A DNA stretch of 64,000 bases, taken from contig CAWGRW010000009.1 of the NCBI GenBank assembly GCA_963825135.1, forward strand, positions 96,001-160,000. Direction: 5' to 3'. The notes under the pieces are model-generated. The model saw only the letters and a list, made by a program, of their open reading frames with translations, was not told where the DNA came from and did no database searches. The translations under genes and the position numbers were made by a program. The stretch is from an uncultured bacterium (lineage in GTDB: Bacteria; Desulfobacterota_D; UBA1144; Nemesobacterales; UBA2774). Position 1 is the first letter of the stretch. Each line of letters starts with the position of its first letter. Below, one piece after another: positions 1 through 9,673 of this stretch.

Positions 1-338
1 TCTCTCAGGGGATTTATCAGGTCGGGGGAATAGGGGTTAATGTTTTCACTGTTGGTGTTATTGCGCATCGCCTCGACCGCGCTCTCCGGGGGCCCCGCGA
101 AGCAGGTCATCCATCCGAAGTCGGCCCACGTCCGGGGATCGAGGTCTATGCGGCCGTTAGCGTATATCTCCCCCGCGTCTAACCCGAGGATGTTTATCGC
201 GTCCCTGTAGGACATGTAGTTCCACATCCCGTGCGGGCTCTCCATTACGGACCTCACCCTCGCGGACAACGCGCGCGGGAGGAATTCAGGACCCGATTCC
301 CCGCCTTCCCATCCCAGTATGAACCTTTCTTTTCCCAT
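1..338 (-). CDS. PLP-dependent aminotransferase class I/II, N-terminal part (truncated by window edge)
   Basis: Manual translation from ATG at 338: MGKERFILGWEGG...DFGWMTCFAGPPESAVEAMRNNTNSENINPYSPDLINPLR, open to the edge; resembles the N-terminal GxP..P..V.EA....Y.....LR region of class I/II aminotransferases. Confidence 0.55.
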   Translation of the reverse strand, partial: MGKERFILGWEGGESGPEFLPRALSARVRSVMESPHGMWNYMSYRDAINILGLDAGEIYANGRIDLDPRTWADFGWMTCFAGPPESAVEAMRNNTNSENINPYSPDLINPLR

Positions 339-363
339 GCCCGGTATCCGGCCCTGCTCCTTT

Positions 364-1212
364 TCAATTCCTCATCATCACTACCGCGTAAATACCGTAG
401 GGGTCGAACGTGATTTTCGGGTCCCTGAAACCCGCCTCTACCGCCCACCCGATTACCTGCTCGACCGGGCGGAGATGCCATACGCACCTCTCCCCGTTCT
501 GGTTACGGAGCGCTCTCGCTATTAGCTCGATCTGGGGGTTCTTCGTCTGCACGTTAAACAGCAGCGCGTCCGGGTTGAGTACGTCCCTGAGCTGGGAAAA
601 GTGTTTCCGTATGAGCGCGTCGTCGTGGATTATCCCGTAGAGCCCGACCTCTATCACAAGGTCGGGCTTTTCGGCGATCGCCTTCAGGCTTTCCGTATCG
701 AGCGCGTCCCCGAGCCCGAAAGAAACCCTGTCCGTAAGCCCGAGACGCCTGGCCGTCCTCCCGCTTCCGGCGAGCGCGGTCTCGCTTATGTCCCTGAGGA
801 GCGCCCTCACCTCCGGGCCCGTCTGCCGGAGCACGTCGTAGAGGTAGTCGGCGTCCCCCGAGGCCAGGTCCGCTATGAACGCCCCCCCGCCGTCCCTCTC
901 CGCCAGGTAGCTGAGTATCATGTTTTTCTGTATCTCTTTGACAGCTCTCCACGCCCTGCACGTAACTTGATTGAGGAACGCCTCGTCGAGTTTCCTGCCG
1001 ATGTAGAACCTCCCGCGCGGGGAGTTTTTATAGACGTAATTCATTATCATCCCCGAGTCGAAACCGTGCCTGCAGCCCGTCCTTATGCCGTCCGACAATT
1101 GTCCGACCGTTCCGAGGAAGAAAGAGACGAGCGCGAAGTACCAGCCCCGGGGCGAATACCGGGGAAGCGGTTTTTGCAATTCCTCGAAGCCCGGCATTTG
1201 GTTACGAAGCAT
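364..1212 (-). CDS. SAM-dependent methyltransferase (YnbC C-terminal/Methyltransf_20-like)
   Basis: GIRTG..HGFDSG..MNYVY.N motif, motif I-like IADLASGD, GDALD; overlaps the upstream gene's stop. Confidence 0.75.
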   Translation of the reverse strand: MLRNQMPGFEELQKPLPRYSPRGWYFALVSFFLGTVGQLSDGIRTGCRHGFDSGMIMNYVYKNSPRGRFYIGRKLDEAFLNQVTCRAWRAVKEIQKNMILSYLAERDGGGAFIADLASGDADYLYDVLRQTGPEVRALLRDISETALAGSGRTARRLGLTDRVSFGLGDALDTESLKAIAEKPDLVIEVGLYGIIHDDALIRKHFSQLRDVLNPDALLFNVQTKNPQIELIARALRNQNGERCVWHLRPVEQVIGWAVEAGFRDPKITFDPYGIYAVVMMRN

Positions 1213-1768
1213 ACCACTCTATCTCCACGTCTTCTCTGTCGGCGTATATTTTATCGGCGACCGATTTTATCTCCCGGGCCCTCTTCTTTTTCGCAGCGGT
1301 ATCGGCGTTACGCTCGAAGTATTTCCTGAGCTGGCGGAGGTGTCTCCTCACGTCTTTCTGCACCTTCTCTACTACGAGGCGGCTCTTTTCGTCGGCTGCG
1401 TCGCGGTACACATCGAGGAGCGCCGAGAAATGAATGAGCGATCCCCAGGCGTACGCGAGCTCGTCGAACGTATCGTTGTAGGTCTCGAGTATGTCGTAGA
1501 TCTCCCGGCCTATCCGCGGGGGCGTGTACGTCTCGGGGGTCTCTCCGAGCTCGCGCGCCCTGTCCGAGAAGAGCTTCGCGTGCCTGGCGTTGTCCGCGAT
1601 GATCCCGGCCGCGACCAGCTTGACGCCGGGGTCCCTTATCGACTTGAGCTTCGCCCCGAAGAGGTCGACCCACGCGAGCATCCCGTACGTATGCCTGCTG
1701 AACGCCCTCGCCAGGCGCCTCGGGTCCGACAACACCTCTCTCAGTCTATCGGGATTGCGTATGCTCAT
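1202..1768 (-). CDS. ferritin-like domain protein
   Basis: Helical protein with two DxxxH motifs (DNARH, DVRRH) and RARELGETP, typical of four-helix ferritin-like bundles; ATG at 1768. Confidence 0.6.
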   Translation of the reverse strand: MSIRNPDRLREVLSDPRRLARAFSRHTYGMLAWVDLFGAKLKSIRDPGVKLVAAGIIADNARHAKLFSDRARELGETPETYTPPRIGREIYDILETYNDTFDELAYAWGSLIHFSALLDVYRDAADEKSRLVVEKVQKDVRRHLRQLRKYFERNADTAAKKKRAREIKSVADKIYADREDVEIEWYAS

Positions 1769-1828
1769 AACCTTTACCCTCTCTAACTTATGCAAACAGG
1801 GATAGTCCGTCCCGGCGCCGGGGCGGAC

Positions 1829-2284
1829 TCAGTACATCTTTTTCAATATATCTATGATTTTTTCATCGCCCCCTGCGGGCGCTTCCCATTCCACCTGAAC
1901 GACCTCTACGCCCTGAGCCTCGAGAGCGTCCCTGAATATGTCGAGCCCGATGTTTACGGCCAGTATCTCCCGGTTGAATATGTCCCGCGATTCGCCCCCT
2001 GCACCCGTAGAGCCCGCTGAGATCATCTCCTCCATTGCGTCAAGCGCCTTTTCCGCCGCCTCATCCGAATCGGCTTCGACGACCATCACGAGGTCGCCGC
2101 CCCCGGCGCCCTTTATCCCGGGCGTCAGGAGCCCGGCGGATTCGAGCGCGAACCTGGCCTTGTCCGTAGCCATTACGGCGGTCGCCTTCTTCACCCCTTC
2201 CATCCCGCCCGCGGTCTTCGATATGCGCATCAAGCGGAGCGCGTCCTGAAAGTAATTCTTTTTGATCCTGAATTTAAGCGGCAA
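1829..2284 (-). CDS. small FdrA-related protein (FdrA N-terminal domain joined to FdrA C-terminal domain)
   Basis: TTG start after AAGGAG; N-terminus KKNYFQDALRLMRIS...MAT...DLVMVVEA matches the N-terminus of the fdrA at 11246; C-terminus AVNIGLDIF..LEAQG..VVQVEW.APAGG resembles the E. coli FdrA C-terminus. Confidence 0.7.
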   Translation of the reverse strand: MPLKFRIKKNYFQDALRLMRISKTAGGMEGVKKATAVMATDKARFALESAGLLTPGIKGAGGGDLVMVVEADSDEAAEKALDAMEEMISAGSTGAGGESRDIFNREILAVNIGLDIFRDALEAQGVEVVQVEWEAPAGGDEKIIDILKKMY

Positions 2285-2313
2285 TGCCCCTCTCCTTGAT
2301 CCTCCCGTCCGCC

Positions 2314-2700
2314 CTATGCGATTACGTATTCGATAGGGCACGGGTTCATAATGGTCCTGCTCACAAAACAGTATTTTTTCGCCTCGTCGATGAGCCCTTC
2401 CAGGGTCCGGGTCGGGACCGTGCTCATGACTTTAACGACGATCTTCGTAAATAGAAAGTTCTTCGTGTCCTTCTCCCCCTCGACCTCGACCTCCATATCC
2501 TCGACCTCTATCTGCCTCTTGCCGGCGGCGTATATGAGCGCCATGCAGAAGCAGGAAGCGAGCGACGCGAGGAAAAGCTCTGTCGGCATCATGCCCGTAT
2601 CGTCGCCGCTGAAATCCACAGGCTCGTCCGTCAGCACCCTGAACTGCCGGGCTCTCACGTCCACCTGATACCTCATCTTCCAGAATGCCTTTACGCTCAT
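2314..2700 (-). CDS. OsmC/Ohr family protein
   Basis: DEP...GDDTGMMPTELFLASLASC and KYCFVSRTI motifs. Confidence 0.85.
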   Translation of the reverse strand: MSVKAFWKMRYQVDVRARQFRVLTDEPVDFSGDDTGMMPTELFLASLASCFCMALIYAAGKRQIEVEDMEVEVEGEKDTKNFLFTKIVVKVMSTVPTRTLEGLIDEAKKYCFVSRTIMNPCPIEYVIA

Positions 2701-2701
2701 A

Positions 2702-3907
2702 TCATCTCCTCACCACAACCGTCTCTTTTTCGCCGATGCCGGTACCGTTCAGTATGCCTGTGTAGAACACGACGTGCCCGCGGGCGGCGTTCTCCCAGCT
2801 GTATTCCTCCGCTGTCTCTCTCCCCTTAGAAGCGAGCGCGAGCCCGAGCTCTCCGTTCTCCGCGAGCTCGATGATCAGGGACGCGATACGATCAGAGTCC
2901 ATCGGGGACACGAGGAGCGAATTCTCCCCGTCCCTCAGATACTCGGTCATGGGCTCTATGCCCGAAGCGATAACGGGCACGCCCGAGGCGAGGGCCTCCA
3001 AAACGACCAACCCCCACCCTTCCCTGACCGACGGGAAAACGAAGACGTCCGCCGCGTGATAGAGTCGGGCGACCTCGTCCTCCGATACGCTGCCCGGTAT
3101 GAATATATCCTTCCCGACGGCGAGCCCGAGCCTCTCCGCCCCGGAGAAGAACTCTTCCCTGTACGCCCTGTAATCGAAAAGCGTCTCACCGCCCCCGATG
3201 ACCCAGACGAGCCTCTCGCCTTTCTCTTGAAAATGAGACCTGGCAGCGTGAAATGCCGTGAGAGACGTCAGCGTGTTTTTCCTCGGCTCTATGCCGCCTA
3301 TGCTCAGCATCACCCTCGCGCCCCCGAGCGAGAATTTCTCCTTATACGTTTCTTTAGAGCCCTCGTCCGGGAGCGGGCGGAACCTCAGCGTGTCCACTCC
3401 GTTCCTGATGACGGTCGAGCGGAGAGAGTACGCCGACAACAGCTCTCTCTCCCATGCCTCGCTTACGGTGATTAAATAATCGGGCTCGATAATGCTTTTT
3501 AGCTGGCATTCGATTAAGGCCTCGGAAGTGAAGTCGTCTATATGGTGGACGGTCCTCGCGAAGGACCCGATCAGGCCCCCTTGTCTCAGGTTCAACAGCG
3601 CGTTTGCCGAAATGCAGTCCTCGGCGTGGAATATATCGTGCGCGAGGGCGTGCGAGGAGAGGTATTCGGTGTATATATTTATGTAGTCCCTGATTTTTTC
3701 GTCCATGCCCGCGTATTCCTTTTTCGGACACGGGATGAGCGTATGGGGGACCGATACGTCCCTGAAAAAATTTCCCCCCGAGGATAGCGAGTACACGCGG
3801 ACGGCGTGTCCCAGGCGCGCGAGGCTTTCGGCGAGGCAGAGTGTGTGCACCACGCCGCCCCTGGGCTTGGTAGAATATGTGAGGAGCGCCACGTCAAGCG
3901 ATTTCAT
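2702..3907 (-). CDS. MSMEG_0565-family glycosyltransferase (GT4)
   Basis: TYSTKPRGGVVHTL, RTVHHIDDF, GGIEPRKN, FPSVREGWGLVVLEALASG. Confidence 0.9.
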   Translation of the reverse strand: MKSLDVALLTYSTKPRGGVVHTLCLAESLARLGHAVRVYSLSSGGNFFRDVSVPHTLIPCPKKEYAGMDEKIRDYINIYTEYLSSHALAHDIFHAEDCISANALLNLRQGGLIGSFARTVHHIDDFTSEALIECQLKSIIEPDYLITVSEAWERELLSAYSLRSTVIRNGVDTLRFRPLPDEGSKETYKEKFSLGGARVMLSIGGIEPRKNTLTSLTAFHAARSHFQEKGERLVWVIGGGETLFDYRAYREEFFSGAERLGLAVGKDIFIPGSVSEDEVARLYHAADVFVFPSVREGWGLVVLEALASGVPVIASGIEPMTEYLRDGENSLLVSPMDSDRIASLIIELAENGELGLALASKGRETAEEYSWENAARGHVVFYTGILNGTGIGEKETVVVRR

Positions 3908-4889
3908 TGAGCGCCTCCGTTTCGAGCATAGACCCGAGATACCTCACCCCGTAATAAATACCGACAGCCATGTCGGCCCCCGTGGTCGCCCCCATGGCGA
4001 GGAGCTTCTTCGCGGAGGCGGCCGTATCTTCGGGCCCTCCCGCGACGAGGCTCACGATCAGGCCGGTCGCCGCAAGAGGCCCCTCTCCGCGCCGGGCGTC
4101 GTCTATCAGTCCCCGGCTGTATATGGTGGTCTTCACTTTCGAGAGTCTGAAAATTTCATTTCCGACTTTCTTAAAAAACCGGGCGGCGCTCCCGTCCGTG
4201 GAAAATGCCTTTCCCGCGAAGCAGAGGCTCATGAGCAGGCCCGCGAGGAAATCGTCGCACGAGGGGGTGAGCCCCGGCCCGAGCCCGAGTATCGCCCCTG
4301 CCTTTTCGGAGACGGCGGCGAGATCGCCCGAGTAGAGGCCCCACATTAGCTGCTCTATGTGAGGACGCGCCCTTTCGGCCACGCTCTCCCCCCGAGGCTC
4401 GAGGAACACCTTCATCGGCCCCCGGAGGTCCACGTCCTCGAGAAGCGGGACGAGCCCTTCCCGTCCGGGGAACGTATAGATCACGTCCCGCAGTATCCTC
4501 AGGTTAAACGCGACCTCGTCCGGGTTTATAGGCCGGCTCCGCTTCGGAAGCCCCTGCTTTTTCAGTACGCGCGCATTTGAAATATTTACAGCCACAGCGC
4601 CCGAGGTGAGCGTCTTTCCATCGAAGAGCACGCGCTCCCCCGTCTCAAAGCCGAGGGATTTCATTGACGCGCTCTCGTGATTTTTTATCAGGATTGAATA
4701 GGGGCTTACGAAATCTTTATTCAGTATTAATTTCAGCAGCTCGTTCTTTCCGCCCGATATATAGACCGCGTGATCGAAAACGCCGTGAATCTCGCTTCCA
4801 TCGCCTGATTTCCCGAGGGCTTTTAACGCCTTCTGCCCCACCGACTCCGCTTCGAGCGAAATTCTGTTGACGCCGCCTGACTTTCTCAT
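3894..4889 (-). CDS. DUF2877 family protein (YlbF/AllH-like)
   Basis: Signature LGLGPGLTPSCDDFLAG and GATTGADMAVG; start uncertain. Confidence 0.85.
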   Translation of the reverse strand: MRKSGGVNRISLEAESVGQKALKALGKSGDGSEIHGVFDHAVYISGGKNELLKLILNKDFVSPYSILIKNHESASMKSLGFETGERVLFDGKTLTSGAVAVNISNARVLKKQGLPKRSRPINPDEVAFNLRILRDVIYTFPGREGLVPLLEDVDLRGPMKVFLEPRGESVAERARPHIEQLMWGLYSGDLAAVSEKAGAILGLGPGLTPSCDDFLAGLLMSLCFAGKAFSTDGSAARFFKKVGNEIFRLSKVKTTIYSRGLIDDARRGEGPLAATGLIVSLVAGGPEDTAASAKKLLAMGATTGADMAVGIYYGVRYLGSMLETEALNEIA

Positions 4890-4978
4890 TATATAAAGCT
4901 CTATCGGGTCCCGTAACCGCGCGGGTATACCGTCCGCCCGCGGCTCGAATAACAAATCAGAACGCGGACGCACGCCGG

Positions 4979-5227
4979 TCAATTAAACTTCTTCCAGCTC
5001 GGGCGCTTCCCCCCGGGATAAGACGTAAAAAGAATAATTTTTCTCCTCACCTGCCAGGGTATGGCGAGGTAAACGGGGACGAATATGTTCATCCACAGAA
5101 AAGGTATGAGCCCCTTCTCCCTGTAGGGTTTCGCGCAGTACTCCGGATAGCGGGAGGCGACGCTGTCTCTCGCGGCCTCCATCAGATATTTTTCAGCGTT
5201 TTTCCTGAGCCATAATCCGAAAGCCAT
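4979..5227 (-). CDS. small hypothetical protein
   Basis: 82-aa ORF, co-oriented in the operon, with an upstream GAGG and a short hydrophobic segment. Confidence 0.6.
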   Translation of the reverse strand: MAFGLWLRKNAEKYLMEAARDSVASRYPEYCAKPYREKGLIPFLWMNIFVPVYLAIPWQVRRKIILFTSYPGGKRPSWKKFN

Positions 5228-5331
5228 TAGAACCCCTCACATTATTTCTATAAGCTTATTATTTCGTAATATTTTGCACCCTGCGCGTATCCCCGGCTCT
5301 TGCCGGTCCCCCGCCCTGCGTATGCCCCCGG

Positions 5332-6681
5332 CTATTTCTTTTTCGCGAGCTCCGCGAGCCCCGCCTGGGCCGCCAGAGCTATGGGCTCCATGAGCGCCCC
5401 TATCGGAGGGGAGTATACGTTTTCCATCCACGCGAAGTCCTCTATGCGCGCCCCGCGCTTAATCGAGAACGCGAGGAAATCGGCCCTCTCCTTGATGCCT
5501 TCCCCGCCGGACATCTGCGCCCCGAGCACCCTGTGCGTGTCGGGGTCCACTATGAGCTTCACCCTTATCCTGGTGACGCCCGGATAGTACCTCGCCCTCG
5601 ATATGCCTGTCGCCGCTGCGACGAAATGCGGTATGCCGAGCGCCTTGTGGAGGGTCTCGCCCAGGGACACCCCGCCTATCTGCACCTGCCCGCCCACCAT
5701 GCCCCAGGGCACGAACACCGGGTCGTAAGAGCGCTCCACCCCTCCGGCGTTTGCTCCCGCCACGCGTCCCTGCGAGTAGGCGTGGCTCCCGGAAAGCCCC
5801 TGGATCGGTATGTCGGTCACGCCGTGGACGACCTCGGCGCAGTCCCCTGCCGCGTAAACGTCTTTCACGGAGGTACGCATGTGGTCGTCTACAATTATTC
5901 CGCCCGTCGAGCCTATCTCCACGCCTGCCTCGCGCGATATGCGGTTATTCGGTTTCTTGTGCGTCGCTATTACCGCCACGTCGCACTCTATCTCGCCGCC
6001 CGTCGTGACGACGGACCGGAGCTTTCCGCCCTCGCCCCTGAACTCGAGCACCTTCACGCCGAAGTGGATCACGGCGCCCTCTTCTTCGAGCGACTTTTGA
6101 ACGGGCTCCATGATGTCGGGGTCGGCGACTTCAGACATGAGCCACGCGCCTTCGTCGACGAGGTGGGTCTCGAGGCCCCTGTGCGCGAGGTTGCCGGTGA
6201 TCTCTATCCCGAGCGGGGTCGCGGCCATGACGACTACCTTCTTCACGGTGTCGAGCACCTTGTCGAACTCCATCGCGCGCCTTATGTTCTTCACGTAATG
6301 TATCCCTTCGAGATCGACGCCCGGCATCTCGGGCTTCTCGTACTCGAACCCCGTCGCGATAATCAGACGGTCCCAGGGGAATTTGTCCGGGCCCACGCTC
6401 ACCGTGCGCCCCTTGAGGTCAATAGCCGTCACGGCGGTCTTGAGCCTCAAGTCTATGCCGATAGAGGCGTAGTGCTCGGACGTCTGGAGGAAAAGGCGCT
6501 CGAAATCCGGTATCTCCTTTCCGAGCACGAACGGTATGCCGCACGGGCTGTAGGCCACGTCCTCGTATTCCGTGAATACGGTGACGGACGCGCCCGGGGC
6601 TACAGACTTCGACGTGGAAGCGGCCGATATGCCGCCCGCGCCCCCGCCTATTACGATTATCCGCAAATTATCACTGCTCAT
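5332..6681 (-). CDS. FAD-dependent pyridine nucleotide-disulfide oxidoreductase (NADH oxidase/CoA-disulfide reductase type)
   Basis: GGGAGG FAD motif, YSPCGIP single redox Cys, YAAGDC, C-terminal YSPP dimerisation domain. Confidence 0.9.
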   Translation of the reverse strand: MSSDNLRIIVIGGGAGGISAASTSKSVAPGASVTVFTEYEDVAYSPCGIPFVLGKEIPDFERLFLQTSEHYASIGIDLRLKTAVTAIDLKGRTVSVGPDKFPWDRLIIATGFEYEKPEMPGVDLEGIHYVKNIRRAMEFDKVLDTVKKVVVMAATPLGIEITGNLAHRGLETHLVDEGAWLMSEVADPDIMEPVQKSLEEEGAVIHFGVKVLEFRGEGGKLRSVVTTGGEIECDVAVIATHKKPNNRISREAGVEIGSTGGIIVDDHMRTSVKDVYAAGDCAEVVHGVTDIPIQGLSGSHAYSQGRVAGANAGGVERSYDPVFVPWGMVGGQVQIGGVSLGETLHKALGIPHFVAAATGISRARYYPGVTRIRVKLIVDPDTHRVLGAQMSGGEGIKERADFLAFSIKRGARIEDFAWMENVYSPPIGALMEPIALAAQAGLAELAKKK

Positions 6682-6784
6682 CCGGTTTCACCCCTTAACG
6701 TCGTAAATTTGTCCCGTCCGGAGCGCAAAGCCTCGCGCCCGGCGGTATGTCCCGCCGTGTCCGCGGCTCCGGGCACAGGGCCTT

Positions 6785-7918
6785 TTAACTCACGCCCAGC
6801 TGCTTCGTAAACTTTTTAAACCTGACCCCGCCCGCTCCCGCAGACTTTTCGAAATCGTGGAGCGCGGAGCATTCCCCGCAGCTGACGCAGCCTGCCTTGC
6901 TGTTCTTCGCGATCCCGTCGTACTCCGCGAGTATCTTCGCCGCCTCGGTGTACACGCGCTCCATTATCTCCGGCCCGGGCGGCGAGTTCCGCTCCATCGG
7001 CGTGCCGGCTATGGGCCTGAACGGGACTATGAACGGGTAAACCCCGATCCCGGCGCAGAGCGCCGCGCCTTCGATCACGGTCTCTATCCTCTCGCCTAAC
7101 CCGACCAGTATGTACGTGCTGACCTGCCACCTCCCGAACACCCTCACCGCTTCCTTCCAGGTCGCGATATATTTGTCGAGCCCGATCGCGGCCTTCCCCG
7201 GCGTGACGGTCCTGAACACGTCGGGGTCGAATGTCTCTATGTGCACGCCTAACGAATCGACGCCCGCCTCTTTTAACCTTTCAAGCCACGCAAGGTCCTC
7301 AGGCGGTATTATTTGAAGCTGTATCGGGAGGCCCGTCGCGTTCTTCACCTCGCGGCATATCTCCGCGTACTTCGCGAGCGCCTTCTCCTCGTCAGGGGCT
7401 ACCCCCGAGGTGAACACGACGTTCGTTATCCCGTCGAGCTCCTTTGCGAGCGTAAGGGTCTCGACGAGGCTCTTCGCGTTCTTGAACCCGACGGTGCTCC
7501 TGTCCTTCAGGGTGAGCTCGATGCCGCAGAACTTGCACCTCCTCTCGTCTTCCCAGAAGTCGCACGTCTGAAGGAGAGTGGTCGCGAAGGTCGTGGGACA
7601 GTGGAGGAGCCCTATGCGCTGCATCGGGATGCCTGAAGACGTCTTGTGCTCCTGGAACCTGGCGCTCTTCTCCATCAGCTCCACCTGTGCGACCGCGACC
7701 CCGTCCTTGAATATCCAGTGCTCCCCGTTTATCAGGTCCAGATGATAGGGGGATGCGCTGACGAAATCGCCGACTACCGGAATGTTCGCCTCGCCGCCCG
7801 AAAGAATTTTCAGGTGGAGCCCGCCGGTAGGCCCGGCGCCCCCGCTCCTGATGTCTTTCGTATCGGGAATCCTTAACCCGTAACTCTGCAACTCCACCTT
7901 AAGGGTTCTTGAATCCAT
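6785..7918 (-). CDS. MSMEG_0568-family radical SAM protein
   Basis: ELQSYGLR, RSGGAGP, ATTLLQTC-x8-CKFC cluster motif, PFIVPFRPIAGTP, C-terminal GCVSCGECS. Confidence 0.9.
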   Translation of the reverse strand: MDSRTLKVELQSYGLRIPDTKDIRSGGAGPTGGLHLKILSGGEANIPVVGDFVSASPYHLDLINGEHWIFKDGVAVAQVELMEKSARFQEHKTSSGIPMQRIGLLHCPTTFATTLLQTCDFWEDERRCKFCGIELTLKDRSTVGFKNAKSLVETLTLAKELDGITNVVFTSGVAPDEEKALAKYAEICREVKNATGLPIQLQIIPPEDLAWLERLKEAGVDSLGVHIETFDPDVFRTVTPGKAAIGLDKYIATWKEAVRVFGRWQVSTYILVGLGERIETVIEGAALCAGIGVYPFIVPFRPIAGTPMERNSPPGPEIMERVYTEAAKILAEYDGIAKNSKAGCVSCGECSALHDFEKSAGAGGVRFKKFTKQLGVS

Positions 7919-8051
7919 AACGTGCCCCCTTATTATTGGTTAAACAAAAAACCGCTCGCAGGCTCACCCTAACAAACCCGTAAAATTATCCGCCTGTACG
8001 GATATAAAATAACGCCTTACAGCCAAATGGAAAGTATAAGGTACGAAAACC

Positions 8052-8543
8052 CTATACAGTCCAGGTGCTGAACATCATAGCCCCGGCTCTGTGGTGCTCG
8101 ATAACGATGTCGAGTATATCCGTCGGGTGGATCGGTATTACGCCCTCGAGGAAGTTCGACTCGTTCTGACCGAGGAGAGCCGCTGCCGAGAAACGGCACG
8201 CGAGGACCTTAATGCCTTCGCTAATCATCCTGTTGACGAGGTTCGGGTAGAGCTGTATGCCGGCGCCGTAGCCGTCGTCGCCTACGTTCGGCCAGCCCCT
8301 GTATACCGGGATGCCCGACGCAGGGCCGTAGAACAGCACGGTCGTTTCGTACCCCTTCTTCTTCGTCCTTATCGCCGTCAGCATGTTGATGCCCGCGACC
8401 GAGCCCTCGTAAGGGACCGAGTGAATGAGGAATAACGCCTTCTCGCCCGGTTTCGCCTGGTGGTCCGGATAGAGCTTCTCCTCGTAATTAACTAATGCTT
8501 TACCCTTCTCGGGCCTGTCCGCTTTAACTCTGTTTACAGCCAT
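8052..8543 (-). CDS. MSMEG_0572/Sll0783-family DsrE-like protein
   Basis: LVNYEEKLYPD.QA.PGEKAL..IHSVPYEGS, VLACRFS, C-terminal TWTV; strong RBS AGGAGG. Confidence 0.9.
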   Translation of the reverse strand: MAVNRVKADRPEKGKALVNYEEKLYPDHQAKPGEKALFLIHSVPYEGSVAGINMLTAIRTKKKGYETTVLFYGPASGIPVYRGWPNVGDDGYGAGIQLYPNLVNRMISEGIKVLACRFSAAALLGQNESNFLEGVIPIHPTDILDIVIEHHRAGAMMFSTWTV

Positions 8544-8734
8544 TGTAAATTACCTCCTGTAATTTATTTAGAATCAGACCCCGGAGCTCGCGCCCCGGGC
8601 TTTTTTCTCTATGTTGTGGTCAGATTTACTCCCAACTCCCTTATCCTCATCATATTATAAAACATCAAACTTAATCAATCGAATCGGCATATCTCCCGCC
8701 GGCGGGCCGCTTCCGAAACACGCCCGCGTAAAGC

Positions 8735-9673
8735 TCACTGCGTTATCTCCGTCCCGCCCTTTCCGTTGATGGCCGCGTCCATCTTCTCGGCCGAGGTGAT
8801 GACAGCCTTCTTCCCGCCCGCGCGGAGGAAGCTTATGGCGGCTTCGATCTTGGGCCCCATGCTCCCCGGGGGGAAATGCCCTTCGGCGTGATACCGCTCG
8901 GCTTCTTCGAGCGTGATCCTGGAAAGGAGCTTCTCCTCGGGCTTCCCGAAATTTATCGCGACCTTCTCGACCGGAGTAATGAGGACGAGTATCTCCGCCC
9001 CTATGAGCGTCGCCAGCTTCTGCGCGGCGAAATCTTTGTCGATTACGGCGGCTACTCCCTTGAGCTTCCCCTTCTTGTCCTTTAACACGGGTATGCCGCC
9101 CCCGCCGCAGGCGATCACGACGTACCCCCTGTCGGCCATTTCCGAGATCTCCCTCTTCTCCACTATATCTATGGGCCTGGGCGAGGGCACGACGCGCCTG
9201 TATCCGCGCCCCGAGTCCTCCTTCATCACCCAGCCCTCCCTCTTCCGGAGGTTCCTGCTCTCCTCCTCGGTGAAGAACGGGCCTATGAACTTCGTCGGGT
9301 TCTGAAACGCCGGGTCGTCTTCGGAGACCACGACCTGCGTCACGAATGCGACGGTCGGGTTCGACATCTTCTTTTCCGTGAACAGGTTCCGTAGCCTCTG
9401 CTCTATCATGTACCCGATCTGCCCCTGGGTCATGGCGTTACAGACATCGAGTGGCATGGGCGGTATCGACGAGGACAGGCTCTCCTGCTGCATGAGGAAA
9501 TTCCCCACCTGCGGGCCGTTGCCGTGCGTTATCACGACCCTGTATCCCATATCGAAAAGGCCCATGAGCTTCCTGCACATCTTATCGGTCTTCATTATCT
9601 GCTCTACGTAAGTGCTCTTGCCTTTATGGTCCATCAGGGCGTTACCCCCGAAGGCTACTACCGCTGTCTTCAT
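8735..9673 (-). CDS. arcC: carbamate kinase
   Basis: VVAFGGNAL, THGNGPQVG, DPAFQNPTKFIGP, GYRRVVPSP, AVIDKD, GSMGPKIEAA. Confidence 0.95.
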   Translation of the reverse strand: MKTAVVAFGGNALMDHKGKSTYVEQIMKTDKMCRKLMGLFDMGYRVVITHGNGPQVGNFLMQQESLSSSIPPMPLDVCNAMTQGQIGYMIEQRLRNLFTEKKMSNPTVAFVTQVVVSEDDPAFQNPTKFIGPFFTEEESRNLRKREGWVMKEDSGRGYRRVVPSPRPIDIVEKREISEMADRGYVVIACGGGGIPVLKDKKGKLKGVAAVIDKDFAAQKLATLIGAEILVLITPVEKVAINFGKPEEKLLSRITLEEAERYHAEGHFPPGSMGPKIEAAISFLRAGGKKAVITSAEKMDAAINGKGGTEITQ

